A DNA stretch of 32,000 nucleotides from Halomicrobium mukohataei DSM 12286 (GCF_000023965.1 NC_013202.1:2250001-2282000), one strand, 5' to 3'; positions 15,566 through 24,367 are shown, counted from the stretch's first letter. The notes: a model not told the origin generated them from the letters alone. Translations and numbers: made by a program.

Positions 15566-16156
15566 TCAGGTGTCGAGCGAGTCGACGCCCGCGGTGACGG
15601 CTGCCTCGAACTGTGCGGTCGGGAACTCCGAGAACGGTACTGGCGGCTCCGGGTCGTCCTCGGGGTGGCGCAGCTGTGTGCGCCACCACTGCACGTCCTG
15701 CCACTCCCCGGCAGTGTATCCGACGTTCTCGTACGTTCCGACGGGCTCGAACCCCATCTCCCGGTGGAACTCGACGCTCGCCCGGTTCGGTAGTGTCACA
15801 CCGGCGTACCCGTTGTAGAACCCCTGCTCGCCCAGCACGGCGAACAGCGACTCGTAGAGGGCGGTCGCGATCCCGGCGCGGCGGTGATCGCCGTCGACGT
15901 AGATCGAGAGCTCGACGCTCCACTGGTAGGCCGTTCGGTCCCGGTGGTCGCTGGCGTACGCGAAGCCGACCACTCGATCCTCGCGTTCACACACCAGCCA
16001 CGGGTACGTTTCGAGGGTCGCACGGAGACGGTCTCTCATCTCCCCGCTGGCGGGTGGCGTCTCCTCGAAGGAGACCGCCGAGTCGCGGACGTACGGTGCG
16101 TAGATGTCCGCACACGCGGTCGCGTCGTCGGGGCGAGCGCGTCGGATGGTGCTCAT
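15566..16156 (-). CDS. GNAT N-acetyltransferase, phosphinothricin-acetyltransferase-like
   Basis: 196-aa ORF. IRRARPDDATACADIY, WLVCE..VVGFAYA and the acetyl-CoA motif RRAGIATALY. Confidence 0.85.
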   Translation of the reverse strand: MSTIRRARPDDATACADIYAPYVRDSAVSFEETPPASGEMRDRLRATLETYPWLVCEREDRVVGFAYASDHRDRTAYQWSVELSIYVDGDHRRAGIATALYESLFAVLGEQGFYNGYAGVTLPNRASVEFHREMGFEPVGTYENVGYTAGEWQDVQWWRTQLRHPEDDPEPPVPFSEFPTAQFEAAVTAGVDSLDT

Positions 16157-16211
16157 CGTGTCGCCCTATCGACCGTGGCCGCTTAAATTGCCACAGATCG
16201 AGTGCGCCGAG

Positions 16212-17120
16212 TCATCGAAGCGCGGTCAGTTCCTCGCGGATCGCGTCCCGCTTCAGGAGCAGGAAGCCGACGAGGACGACGAGGAAGCCGGTCACGGTCG
16301 TGGCGTCGATCGTCTCTTCGAGCAGGAGCCAGCCCGTGACCGCGGCAAACACCGGCGTCGCGTACGAGACGAGGTTGATCTGGATCGCACCGAGCCGTCC
16401 GAGCAGGCGAAAGTAGACGAAGTAGCCGATCACGCTGGCGAACACGGCGAGGTAGACGATCGCGACGACCGACTCCGCCGTCAGGGTCAGTCCCCCCAGG
16501 GACTCGTTCGGGAGCGCGCCGCTGATAGCGTGTAGGAGGACGGCACCGACGCCGTTCGACCAGGCGACGAGTCCCTCCGTCCCGAGCCCGCTGTCGACCC
16601 GCTGGAGCAGGACGCTCCCGAGAGCGATCGACAGCGCGGCCAGCAGGACGAATCCGGACGCGACGAGTTCGGCGCTGAGGCCGCCGGTCACGTCCGGACG
16701 CGTGACCAGTCCGACGCCGACAAAGCCCAGTAGCAGTCCCACAGTTCCGACAGTCGACAGGCGCTCGTCCGGGAGTAGCGCCCGCGAGAATGCCGTCGCG
16801 AGGATCGGATTCGTCGCGATCAGAATTGCCGCGACTGCGCTGGTCACGTCCCGCTCGCCGACGAACAGGAAGGCGTTATATAGTGCGATCACGAGCGTGG
16901 CGCTGATCGCGACGGCGATCCAGTCCGCTCGGGAGCGTGGCAGCCAGTCGTCGGTCGTGGCGGCCGCGTAGGCGAGCATGAGGACGCCCGCGAGATCGTA
17001 GCGAACCGCCGCGAACAACACCGGCGGCAGGTCTTCGAGCCCCGCCTTGATCGCGACGAAGGAGGTCCCCCAGAGCATCGCCAGCAGGACGAACAGAAAC
17101 GTCTCTCGGCGTGTGCTCAT
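16212..17120 (-). CDS. EamA/DMT-family transporter
   Basis: 302-aa ORF with about 10 hydrophobic helices and the duplicated EamA pattern (LWGTSFVAIK...). Confidence 0.85.
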   Translation of the reverse strand: MSTRRETFLFVLLAMLWGTSFVAIKAGLEDLPPVLFAAVRYDLAGVLMLAYAAATTDDWLPRSRADWIAVAISATLVIALYNAFLFVGERDVTSAVAAILIATNPILATAFSRALLPDERLSTVGTVGLLLGFVGVGLVTRPDVTGGLSAELVASGFVLLAALSIALGSVLLQRVDSGLGTEGLVAWSNGVGAVLLHAISGALPNESLGGLTLTAESVVAIVYLAVFASVIGYFVYFRLLGRLGAIQINLVSYATPVFAAVTGWLLLEETIDATTVTGFLVVLVGFLLLKRDAIREELTALR

Positions 17121-17141
17121 CGTAGTGGCACCGTTCTCGTA

Positions 17142-17222
17142 CTGCCGGCTGTCCGTCTGTACAGGATTTTGCGACCCCGTGGTCGCGAATATCGTGGAAC
17201 AGTTACAGCCGGCAGCATCACG
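17142..17222. repeat. Inverted pair of the CTGCCGGCTGT-core motif bracketing hairpin GCGACC-ccgt-GGTCGC
   Basis: Arms at 17142-17164 and 17203-17222, with an 11-bp complementary core. Central 6-bp stem at 17171-17176 and 17181-17186. Both arms match 5008-5034. Confidence 0.8.
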
Positions 17223-18009
17223 AGCGGTCGTAGGTCTCGGCGAGTCCGTCCAGTGCCTCGTGGTGCTCGGTCGTGTGCGGGGCCGTCAGCGGCGAGACGC
17301 TGACTTTGCCGTCGACGACGGCCCGGCGGTCGGTCCCTTCCGGATCGGGGATGTCGCCCTCGGCCATCCGCTCCCAGATCCGGTCGTGGAGGGTCACGGT
17401 CTCGCCGTTTCGCTCGGCCCCCATCTGGTAGACGCGTGACGGCTCGGTGATCGCCATCTCCGCGGGACCCCGGTCGGCGACCGGCGCGTTGACGTTGAGG
17501 TAGTCACACTGTTCGAAGACGCCCGCGCCCATCGAGTGGGCGGCGAGATAGCTCGCGGCCCGGGTCGCCTCGGCGTAGCTGTCGTAGTTCTCCTCGACAT
17601 CGGCGAAGGCCGCGTCCTCGCGGACCGGAATGTACATCGAGACGGCGATCGCGGGCACGTCGAAGAACGTCGCCTCGACGGCGGCACTGACGGTTCCCGA
17701 CCGTCCGAGGACGTAGGCTCCGAGGTTCGCACCCCGGTTGCAGCCGGCGACGACGAGGTCCGTTTCGGGGACCAGCGACTCGATGCCGGCGACGACGCAG
17801 TCGGTCGGCGTGCCCTCGACGGCGTAGCCCAGTTCGTGCTGGTGGACAGGGACTTCGTGTGAGATCGCGCGCCCGACCGCGCTCTGATCGCTGTTCGGTG
17901 CCACTGCCGTCACCGATCCCACCTCGGTCAGTGCGTCGTACAGCGCCCGGAAACCGACGCTGTCGATCCCGTCGTCGTTAGTCAGGAGGATCGACGGCTC
18001 GTCGTTCAT
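17218..18009 (-). CDS. surE: 5'/3'-nucleotidase SurE
   Basis: ATG 18009 within ORF 17218-18924 (263 aa). MNDEPSILLTNDDGIDSVG is the SurE signature. The upstream extension is Arg-rich and overlaps the next gene. Confidence 0.9.
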   Translation of the reverse strand: MNDEPSILLTNDDGIDSVGFRALYDALTEVGSVTAVAPNSDQSAVGRAISHEVPVHQHELGYAVEGTPTDCVVAGIESLVPETDLVVAGCNRGANLGAYVLGRSGTVSAAVEATFFDVPAIAVSMYIPVREDAAFADVEENYDSYAEATRAASYLAAHSMGAGVFEQCDYLNVNAPVADRGPAEMAITEPSRVYQMGAERNGETVTLHDRIWERMAEGDIPDPEGTDRRAVVDGKVSVSPLTAPHTTEHHEALDGLAETYDRS

Positions 18010-18071
18010 ACGTTCCGTCGGGCCGAGAGCGGGAAAAACACTCCGGCGGCGGCAGCCTCTCGGTCGATCGG

Positions 18072-19484
18072 CTACGCCGGCACGCGGTCGACGACGGTCT
18101 CGCCGTCGACGACGACGTTGTACGCGCCCTCGTCGTCGTTCCAGAGCACCAGCGCGTTCTCGAAGAGGAGGAGGTCGCCGTAGTCGGCGTCGCGGAGATC
18201 CTCGTTGAGGATCGACGCCTCGGTGAGGACGGCGAAGTGGTCCGTCGACTGACTCCCGTCGCTGATCAGGTAGAGGGGATTGCCCGCCTCGGTGAGATCG
18301 CCGCTCAGCTTCACGCCCAGCAGGTTGATCCGGTCGGTGACGTAGGAGTCGGCCTCGGCCATCTTCGCGACCTGCGAGCGGTTCCCGCGCGCGTCGATGG
18401 CGGTTCGTCCGTCGGTCCGCAGGATCGAGTAGGCGTACTGTACGTCCACGTTGACGAACTCTCCGGGCTGGTGGTCCGGGCCGCTCGCACCCTCGTCCAG
18501 CCGGCGCTGGAAGGGCGGCACGTCGATGTCGGGTCGTACGTCGAACGACCACGACTCGCCGGTCGGAGACTCGTGGGCCCAGAGCCGGACTGTCGGGCCG
18601 TACACCGTCGCCGGCCCGTCGTCGGCGACGGCCCGCTCGATCTCGCGGAGCCCGATCGCGGTGTTCCTGTCTGCCGGTTCGATCGCCGCCAGCGACCCCG
18701 CCGGAGCCAGCCAGTCGAGCGCCCCCTCGACGACGGACGCCGGCTCGTCGAGTTCGTTCAGGACGTTGGCACAGACCACCAGATCGAACTGGTCGTCGGG
18801 CTCGAACGACTCCACGGTCGTCCGGTGGATCGTCGTCTGGACGCTCGGAGGCGTCGTTTCGAGCATCGCCTCCAGCACGTCCGCCGCCGCGCTCGGCTCG
18901 ACGGCGTGGTAGTCGACGAGACACTCCTCGCCCAGCAGGTCGAGCAGCCCCAGCGCCGGGCCGCCGACGCCGGCACCCACGTCCAGGACGCGAATCCGCC
19001 TGTCGAGGAGCCCGTCGCTCAGGAGGTCCGCGATCACGTACTGCGTGACGGCGTAGTAGTCGGGCAGGTGGTAGATCGCGTACGCCAGCGCCGTCAGGTC
19101 GTCGTACTCGACGGGCTGTTGCCGGAGGTACCGCTCTTTGATCGCCCGGATGCGGTCCCGGAGCCGGTCGCCGCTCTCGCCGTCGGGCCAGCCGACGCCC
19201 TCGCGCTCGACGAGCAGGTCCTCCAGTCGGCGGACGTGCTCGGCCGGCAGCGCGTCGACTCCCTCGAAGGCCGGTGACGGCGGTTCGTCGCCGATCGGTT
19301 CGAACGTCCCGTCCTCGCGTTCGACCAGCCCCAGATCGAACGCCTCCTCTCGGAGGACTCGTCGAACCACGGCGGGGTGGGGCCGACCGTCGACGTATTC
19401 ACAGATCTCCTCGGGATCGATCGGGCGGACCTGGCGGAGGTACTTCGCGTTCGAGCGGATCGAATCTCTCGTCTCGTCGTTCAT
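18072..19484 (-). CDS. Class I SAM-dependent methyltransferase (Rsm22-like architecture)
   Basis: 470-aa ORF with SAM motif I VLDVGAGVGGPALGL and motif NVLNEL. The start overlaps the stop of the upstream gene (ATGA at 19481-19484). Confidence 0.8.
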   Translation of the reverse strand: MNDETRDSIRSNAKYLRQVRPIDPEEICEYVDGRPHPAVVRRVLREEAFDLGLVEREDGTFEPIGDEPPSPAFEGVDALPAEHVRRLEDLLVEREGVGWPDGESGDRLRDRIRAIKERYLRQQPVEYDDLTALAYAIYHLPDYYAVTQYVIADLLSDGLLDRRIRVLDVGAGVGGPALGLLDLLGEECLVDYHAVEPSAAADVLEAMLETTPPSVQTTIHRTTVESFEPDDQFDLVVCANVLNELDEPASVVEGALDWLAPAGSLAAIEPADRNTAIGLREIERAVADDGPATVYGPTVRLWAHESPTGESWSFDVRPDIDVPPFQRRLDEGASGPDHQPGEFVNVDVQYAYSILRTDGRTAIDARGNRSQVAKMAEADSYVTDRINLLGVKLSGDLTEAGNPLYLISDGSQSTDHFAVLTEASILNEDLRDADYGDLLLFENALVLWNDDEGAYNVVVDGETVVDRVPA

Positions 19485-20218
19485 TGTAGGCTCTCGTACA
19501 GTTCGGTGAACGTCTCGTCGTCGGCCCGCGCGATCTGTCGTGCGGCGGCCGCCACGTCGTCGGCTCCCTCGAACGCCGCCTGGATGTCGGCGTAGACCCG
19601 CGCTTCGCCGTCGGTCAACTGCTCGACGAGGTCGAACAGCGCCTCGGAGATCGGCGTCTGGAACGTGTCCGGTACGTCCTCGGCCGCGAGCGCGAACGCC
19701 AGCACGGCCGTGTGGGCGCGTGCCTGTACCGTCTCCATCGCCTCGTCGTGCTCGGCCGGCGTCGTCGCGACCAGTTCGTTGCCCCGCGCCGTGAGCCGAT
19801 CGCGGATCGTCTCGGCGATGGGACCGTCGGCGTCAGTCACCACTGCGAGGTTGCCGGGCGCGTTCTCCGGCGCGAACAACGGGTGGAGGCTGACGCGTTC
19901 GATCTCGGGGGCGTGTGCTCGCATCGCGTCGATCGGATCGCGCATACTCCCGGTCACGTCACAGATCGCCCGGTCCGCTCGATCGGCGTACTCCTCGATC
20001 ACGCTCGCCGCCGCCGGGAGCGGGACGGCGACACAGACGAGGTCGAAGCGCTCTTCGACGGGCGGTGTCAGCGCGCGACCGTCGAGCGCGTCGGCCGCCG
20101 CCGCCGCCGCGGTCTCGTCGGCGTCGACGAACGCGATCTCGTCGTCGGCCGTCGCGACGCTGTCAGCGAACCACCGTCCCATCGCTCCCGCGCCGACGAC
20201 GAGGACTCTCATTGGCAC
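19481..20218 (-). CDS. tyrA: Prephenate dehydrogenase
   Basis: 245-aa ORF with Rossmann motif MRVLVVGAGAMGRWFA (the start may be ATG 20212). The later SLHPLFAP region is typical of prephenate dehydrogenases. Confidence 0.8.
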   Translation of the reverse strand: MPMRVLVVGAGAMGRWFADSVATADDEIAFVDADETAAAAAADALDGRALTPPVEERFDLVCVAVPLPAAASVIEEYADRADRAICDVTGSMRDPIDAMRAHAPEIERVSLHPLFAPENAPGNLAVVTDADGPIAETIRDRLTARGNELVATTPAEHDEAMETVQARAHTAVLAFALAAEDVPDTFQTPISEALFDLVEQLTDGEARVYADIQAAFEGADDVAAAARQIARADDETFTELYESLQ

Positions 20219-20276
20219 GGGGTAGCCAACGACCGCTCAAAAGCAGTTCGGTCCGCTACATCGCCGGGCCCGTCGA

Positions 20277-21761
20277 TCAGTTGCTGTCGGGGCTGTAGTT
20301 GGGCGCTTCGTCCGTGATCATCACGTCGTGGGGGTGACTCTCCTGCTGGCCCGCCGCGGAGACGCGGACGAACTCCGAGCGGTCCTTGAACTCCGGAATC
20401 GTCTCCGCGCCGACGTAGCCCATGCCAGAGCGCATCCCGCCGACGAGCTGGTGGAGCTCCGACTGGACCGAGCCCTTGTACGGCGTCGCGGCCTCGACGC
20501 CCTCTGGGACGAACTCCTCGTCTTCTTCCTCTTCCTTGAGGTAGCGCTCGCCGCCACCCTCGTTCATCGCGCCGACCGATCCCATGCCGCGGTACTGCTT
20601 GTACTTCTTGCCGTTCATCGTGATGACGCGGCCGGGTGCCTCGTCGGTACCTGCGAAGTAGGAACCGAGCATCACCGCGTCCGCACCGGCGGCGATCGCC
20701 TTGATCGCGTCCCCGGAGTAGCGGATGCCGCCGTCGGCGATCACCGGCACGTCGTGCTGGCTGGCCACGTCGGCGACCTGCGAGACGGCGGTGATCTGGG
20801 GCATACCCGCACCGGTGACGATGCGGGTCGTGCAGATCGATCCTGGGCCGATGCCGACCTTGACGCCGTCGGCGAAGTCGACGGCCTCGGCGGCGGCTTC
20901 GCGGGTCCCGATGTTGCCCACGACCACGTCTGCGTCGACCTCCGCCTCGATCTCGCGGGAACTGTCGATGACGTTGCGGTTGTGTGCGTGAGCACAGTCG
21001 ATAAAGAGCACGTCGACGCCAGCCTCGTCGGCAGCGCGCGCACGATCCAGTTCGAACGGGCCGACTGCCGCCCCGGCGACCAGTGCGCCCTCGTCGTCGC
21101 GAGCGGCCTGGTCGTACTCGCGGCGCTGGAGGATGCCCTGCATCGTCACGAGGCCGATGAGTCGATCGCCGTTCTCGACGATCGGGACGCGCTCGATCTT
21201 GTGCTCGTACATCAGCTCCAGGGCTTCGCGTGCGGTCACGTCTTCGGGTGCGGTGACGACCTCGTCGGTCATCGCCTCGCTGACGAGGTCCTCCTCGCCG
21301 ACTTCGAGGTAGGGGCGGATGTCGGTCGCGGAGATGATCCCCAGGACTTCGTCGTCGTCGCCGACGACCGGCGCGCCCGAGACGCCGCGTCGGTCCATCA
21401 TCTCGTCGACCTCGCGGACGGTCTGGTCCGGCGAGGCCGTAACCACGTCGCGGATGATCAGCTCGTCGGCGCGCTTGATGCGCTCGATCTCTTCGACCAT
21501 CGTCTCGACGTCCATGTTGCGGTGGAGGACGCCGAGGCCACCGTGTCGGGCCATCGCGATGCCCATGTCGCCCTCGGTGACCGTGTCCATCGCCGCCGAG
21601 AGGACCGGGACGTTCAGTTCGACGTTCGTCGAGACGCGTGTCGCCGTGTCGGCCTCGTCCGGCTCGACGCGGGACTCTTTGGGCCGTAGCAGTACGTCGT
21701 CGAACGTCAGCGCTTCTGGAACGCGGAGCTTCTCCGAGAAGGGTTCGGACTCGTTCGCCAT
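20277..21761 (-). CDS. guaB: IMP dehydrogenase
   Basis: 494-aa [11 protein letters not shown], a CBS pair insert, the catalytic loop [11 protein letters not shown], and GGIRYSGD. Confidence 0.95.
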   Translation of the reverse strand: MANESEPFSEKLRVPEALTFDDVLLRPKESRVEPDEADTATRVSTNVELNVPVLSAAMDTVTEGDMGIAMARHGGLGVLHRNMDVETMVEEIERIKRADELIIRDVVTASPDQTVREVDEMMDRRGVSGAPVVGDDDEVLGIISATDIRPYLEVGEEDLVSEAMTDEVVTAPEDVTAREALELMYEHKIERVPIVENGDRLIGLVTMQGILQRREYDQAARDDEGALVAGAAVGPFELDRARAADEAGVDVLFIDCAHAHNRNVIDSSREIEAEVDADVVVGNIGTREAAAEAVDFADGVKVGIGPGSICTTRIVTGAGMPQITAVSQVADVASQHDVPVIADGGIRYSGDAIKAIAAGADAVMLGSYFAGTDEAPGRVITMNGKKYKQYRGMGSVGAMNEGGGERYLKEEEEDEEFVPEGVEAATPYKGSVQSELHQLVGGMRSGMGYVGAETIPEFKDRSEFVRVSAAGQQESHPHDVMITDEAPNYSPDSN

Positions 21762-22216
21762 GTCAAGGGTGGCAGACGGGCGCTGAAAAACGTTCCGAGA
21801 TTTGCTCCCGAGTGCCGACCGGTGTCACACGCAGGCGGCGCGACGAGAACCACACGGCACTCTAAAAACGGAACTTATCACGTGTGAAACGTGGACAATC
21901 TCCATCCAGACGCTAACATCTCCTATCGTCCGTTGTGTATGAGTCGCAATCTCACACAACGTTTATCCGCTGACAAAAGATAATGATGAACATGAACTGT
22001 GCTGTGTCTCCCAGCGCTGGTTCCGTTCGTCGACAGACCACCGACTCCGTGGTTGTCACAAACTGGTTTATGGGAGACACAGGCTTCGAGGGGTTCTCGA
22101 AGGGGTGGAATATGCGGTCCCCGAACGGTTGGACGATGCCGTCCCAGCCGTCGGCAGTACCGTCCCCACGCAGCGAGTACCCGACGCCCACGGGTGAGGG
22201 CAGACTGTAGCACGAA

Positions 22217-23095
22217 ATGAGTAGCTCCCAACATCCGGTCGCGCTCGCACTGGAGCGACGCGTCGGCGGTGCCACCCGCCTGCTCGCGACGGTCATGTTG
22301 CTCCCGCTGCTGGACGGCGTCTTCGCTGCCGTCGTCCTCGCTGGCGGACTCGCGTCGGTGACCGGCATCATCGAAGTCGGCCTGCTGGTCTTCGGCGGCT
22401 CCGCCACCCTCGCCGTGATCCTCGCCGAGATGGAAGGCTCTCCCAGAGAGGTCGTCACCCCGATCCTCGCGGTCGGTGCGATCGTGATCATCGGCTCCGT
22501 CGTGGTCGCCGCCCTCGCGCCGACGATCCAGACGGTCCTCGATCCCGCCGTCTTCGAGCGCTTCGCGGCGATCATCATCCTCGCGATCGCCGGCCGGACC
22601 GCCAGCGCGAAGATCGGCGACTGGCTCCCGCGCCCGTCGATGATCCTGCTCATCGGCTTCGTCGCCAGCGTCAACGCTTCGGGCTTCTCGCTGGTGGTCC
22701 AGACCGATCCCGAACTCATGCTCAGAGCCGCCGCCGCTGCCGGCGTCGGCGTCGCGTTCGCACTCGCCGCCGCCGTCGGCGCGCCGTGGCTCCGCAACGC
22801 CGTCGACATCGACCGCTTCCGCTTCGGGAGTGCCGTCGCACTGGGTGTGCTGCCGATCAGCATCCTCACGTCGGTCGAGGCACCGGTCTCGCTGGCCGTC
22901 CTCGCGGTCACGACGCTGCTCTCGCTGGACCCACAGCGCGCTCGCGAACGCGACGAACACTACGAGCCCGACGCCGTCGACGTGACCGCCGCCTTCGCCG
23001 ACGGCGGCGCGTCCCAGGGGGTCGACCACGACACCACCGACGCCAGCTCCCGTCCCACGGTCGACGACGACGACGACCGCGCGCCCTGGCTCTGA
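22217..23095 (+). CDS. Polytopic membrane protein (hypothetical) with acidic C-terminal tail
   Basis: 292-aa ORF with about 7 hydrophobic helices, then DPQRARERDEHYEPD...DDDDDRAPWL. Codon bias is typical of the host. Confidence 0.7.
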   Translation: MSSSQHPVALALERRVGGATRLLATVMLLPLLDGVFAAVVLAGGLASVTGIIEVGLLVFGGSATLAVILAEMEGSPREVVTPILAVGAIVIIGSVVVAALAPTIQTVLDPAVFERFAAIIILAIAGRTASAKIGDWLPRPSMILLIGFVASVNASGFSLVVQTDPELMLRAAAAAGVGVAFALAAAVGAPWLRNAVDIDRFRFGSAVALGVLPISILTSVEAPVSLAVLAVTTLLSLDPQRARERDEHYEPDAVDVTAAFADGGASQGVDHDTTDASSRPTVDDDDDRAPWL

Positions 23096-23155
23096 CCGCG
23101 CTCGACGCGACACGAAGTGACAACCCTTAGGTTGCTCAGCGCCCCCGTTGTTGCT

Positions 23156-23386
23156 ATGGCTGACAACCGCGTCGTGCAGGGCCGCATGGTCACGCCCGAG
23201 TCGCTCGCCGAGTTGATCGAAGACGACGACATCATGGACGCCGAAGCGATCGATGACGCCGACCGATCGTGCCCCGATTGCGGTGGAGACGTGCTCTCGG
23301 TCGGCTACATGCCCGGTATCACGGAGTTCGTCACCGGCTTCAAGTGTCAGGACTGCGACTGGAGCGAGACCGATCGCGACGACTAA
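23156..23386 (+). CDS. Small zinc-ribbon protein (CPDCG ... CQDC)
   Basis: ATG 23156 within ORF 23117-23386 (76 aa), with four Cys in two C-x2-C knuckles. Very acidic. Confidence 0.6.
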   Translation: MADNRVVQGRMVTPESLAELIEDDDIMDAEAIDDADRSCPDCGGDVLSVGYMPGITEFVTGFKCQDCDWSETDRDD

Positions 23387-23439
23387 CCTCCGGACGCAAC
23401 CGTAACCCCTTTCATACAGGTGGGCTTACGCCGGAGTGC

Positions 23440-23620
23440 GGGGTCGTGGCCTAGTCCGGGAAGGCGGCTGACTCCAGAGGCAACGTGCCCGGTGACGACA
23501 CTCCAGGGTTGATATACTGAGCGGCCGACTGATCATCGGCTCGCGTTGATGACCCTCTGGAGTTCCGAGGCACACACCGGAGATATCAGCCGATCGGGGG
23601 TTCAAATCCCTCCGACCCCA
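23440..23620 (+). tRNA. trnW: tRNA-Trp (anticodon CCA at 23474-23476) with a ~107-nt intron after position 37
   Basis: Acceptor stem GGGGTCG / CGACCCC, T-arm GGGGG-TTCAAAT-CCCTC, anticodon stem GCTGA / TCAGC with loop CTCCAGA reconstituted after removing 23478-23584. Discriminator A at 23620. No CCA is encoded. Confidence 0.9.
23478..23584 (+). ncRNA. tRNA-Trp intron encoding a box C/D guide RNA (predicted targets C34 and U39 of the same tRNA)
   Basis: C-like box GTGACGA at 23492-23498, D' CTGA at 23517-23520, C' TGATGA at 23547-23552, D-like CCGA at 23565-23568. The guide at 23553-23564 (CCCTCTGGAGTT) pairs with exon 1 so that the 5th nt from D opposes C34. The guide ending at 23516 pairs with ATATCAGCC so that the 5th nt from D' opposes U39. 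Confidence 0.8.
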
Positions 23621-23632
23621 CTCCGTATAAAA

Positions 23633-23661
23633 GTGAAGCGGTCTATTTCACCGCTTTTCAC
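23633..23661 (+). terminator. Bulged hairpin GTGAAGCGGT..ACCGCTTTTCAC with a T4 run just after the tRNA
   Basis: Read directly from the sequence, 13 nt downstream of the tRNA 3' end. Confidence 0.35.
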
Positions 23662-24169
23662 TCGACACTCTCTAGCCGTCACTCTCGACTTGGATGGTGA
23701 AATTGACTTCCTGATGGTGTAGCATTCCGAGAAACAACGTTGGTTGTGGTGCAGACACCGAAAGCCCTCGACGCGCTCGGTCCTCCTCACCGGCCGAGAC
23801 CGTCTACCCCTCGCGCTTCAGCGTTCCGTTGATCTGGCCGGCGAGACGCGCAATCTCCGGCGTCGGCTTCCTCGTCCGAGAGGATGCCAGCGATCTCCAG
23901 CAGCGACGTGCCGCCGACGTGCCGCTCGACAGCCTCCGAAAAAGTCTCGTCCCAATCCGGATCGCGCCGAACAGAACGGGCATGAGGGTGCGACGAACTG
24001 TGTTCTCGAGTGTGAATCGTGGGGTGTCTGTCCAAAGGACTTATGCTGTAAGCGTTGTAAGGATTGCACACGAAGCGTCGGCGATAACGTGTGTTGGGGG
24101 CACACGTTTAGACTCGTTTCGTCACTCTCACCGAAGCGAGAGTGAAAGACGCGTGGAACGTGTGACACC

Positions 24170-24367
24170 ATGGCTCAAGCAAACAAACGAATTCCGGTCA
24201 CAGAAGAACGATGGCAAGAACTGAACGAACTCAAGCAGGCTGGCGAAACGTACGACGAGCTACTCGACGAGTTGATTCAAGAACATCAGCGGCGACAACT
24301 CGCCGAGCGAACCCGCGAGGTTCGCGAAGCCGACAGCGAGGAACTGACGCCGCTCGATGAGCTATGA
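24170..24367 (+). CDS. Putative antitoxin of a RelE/ParE-type TA pair
   Basis: 65-aa acidic ORF (IPVTEERWQELNELKQAGETYDELLDELI) overlapping the toxin gene by 11 nt. Confidence 0.65.
   Translation: MAQANKRIPVTEERWQELNELKQAGETYDELLDELIQEHQRRQLAERTREVREADSEELTPLDEL

Noticed and set aside
17218-18924. Long N-terminal extension of the surE ORF (568 aa)
   Set aside because: The first ~300 aa are Arg/Pro/Gly-rich and overlap the methyltransferase gene in another frame. The SurE signature begins right at the internal ATG 18009.
20328-21689. 453-aa plus-strand ORF
   Set aside because: It is antisense to guaB (IMP dehydrogenase) and has no recognisable domain.
21983-22210. 75-aa plus-strand ORF in the guaB / membrane-gene spacer, and TGATGA at 21983-21988 as a possible box C
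   Set aside because: The peptide is non-acidic and Trp/Pro/Ser-rich, unlike the host proteome. No CTGA D box follows at the right distance, so it is not called as a C/D sRNA. The region is kept only as a structured-RNA candidate in the findings.
21923-23113. 396-aa and 319-aa minus-strand ORFs
   Set aside because: Both are antisense to the polytopic membrane protein gene. Their composition is Arg/Asp/Gly-rich or Ala/Thr/Ser-rich, typical of shadow frames.
23787-24071. 94-aa minus-strand ORF after tRNA-Trp, considered as a bona fide gene or integrase
   Set aside because: Only the central ~55 codons look coding. The sole in-frame ATG adds an implausible low-GC His/Ser-rich N-terminus, and I see no tyrosine-recombinase motifs. 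It is reported only as a possible remnant in the findings.
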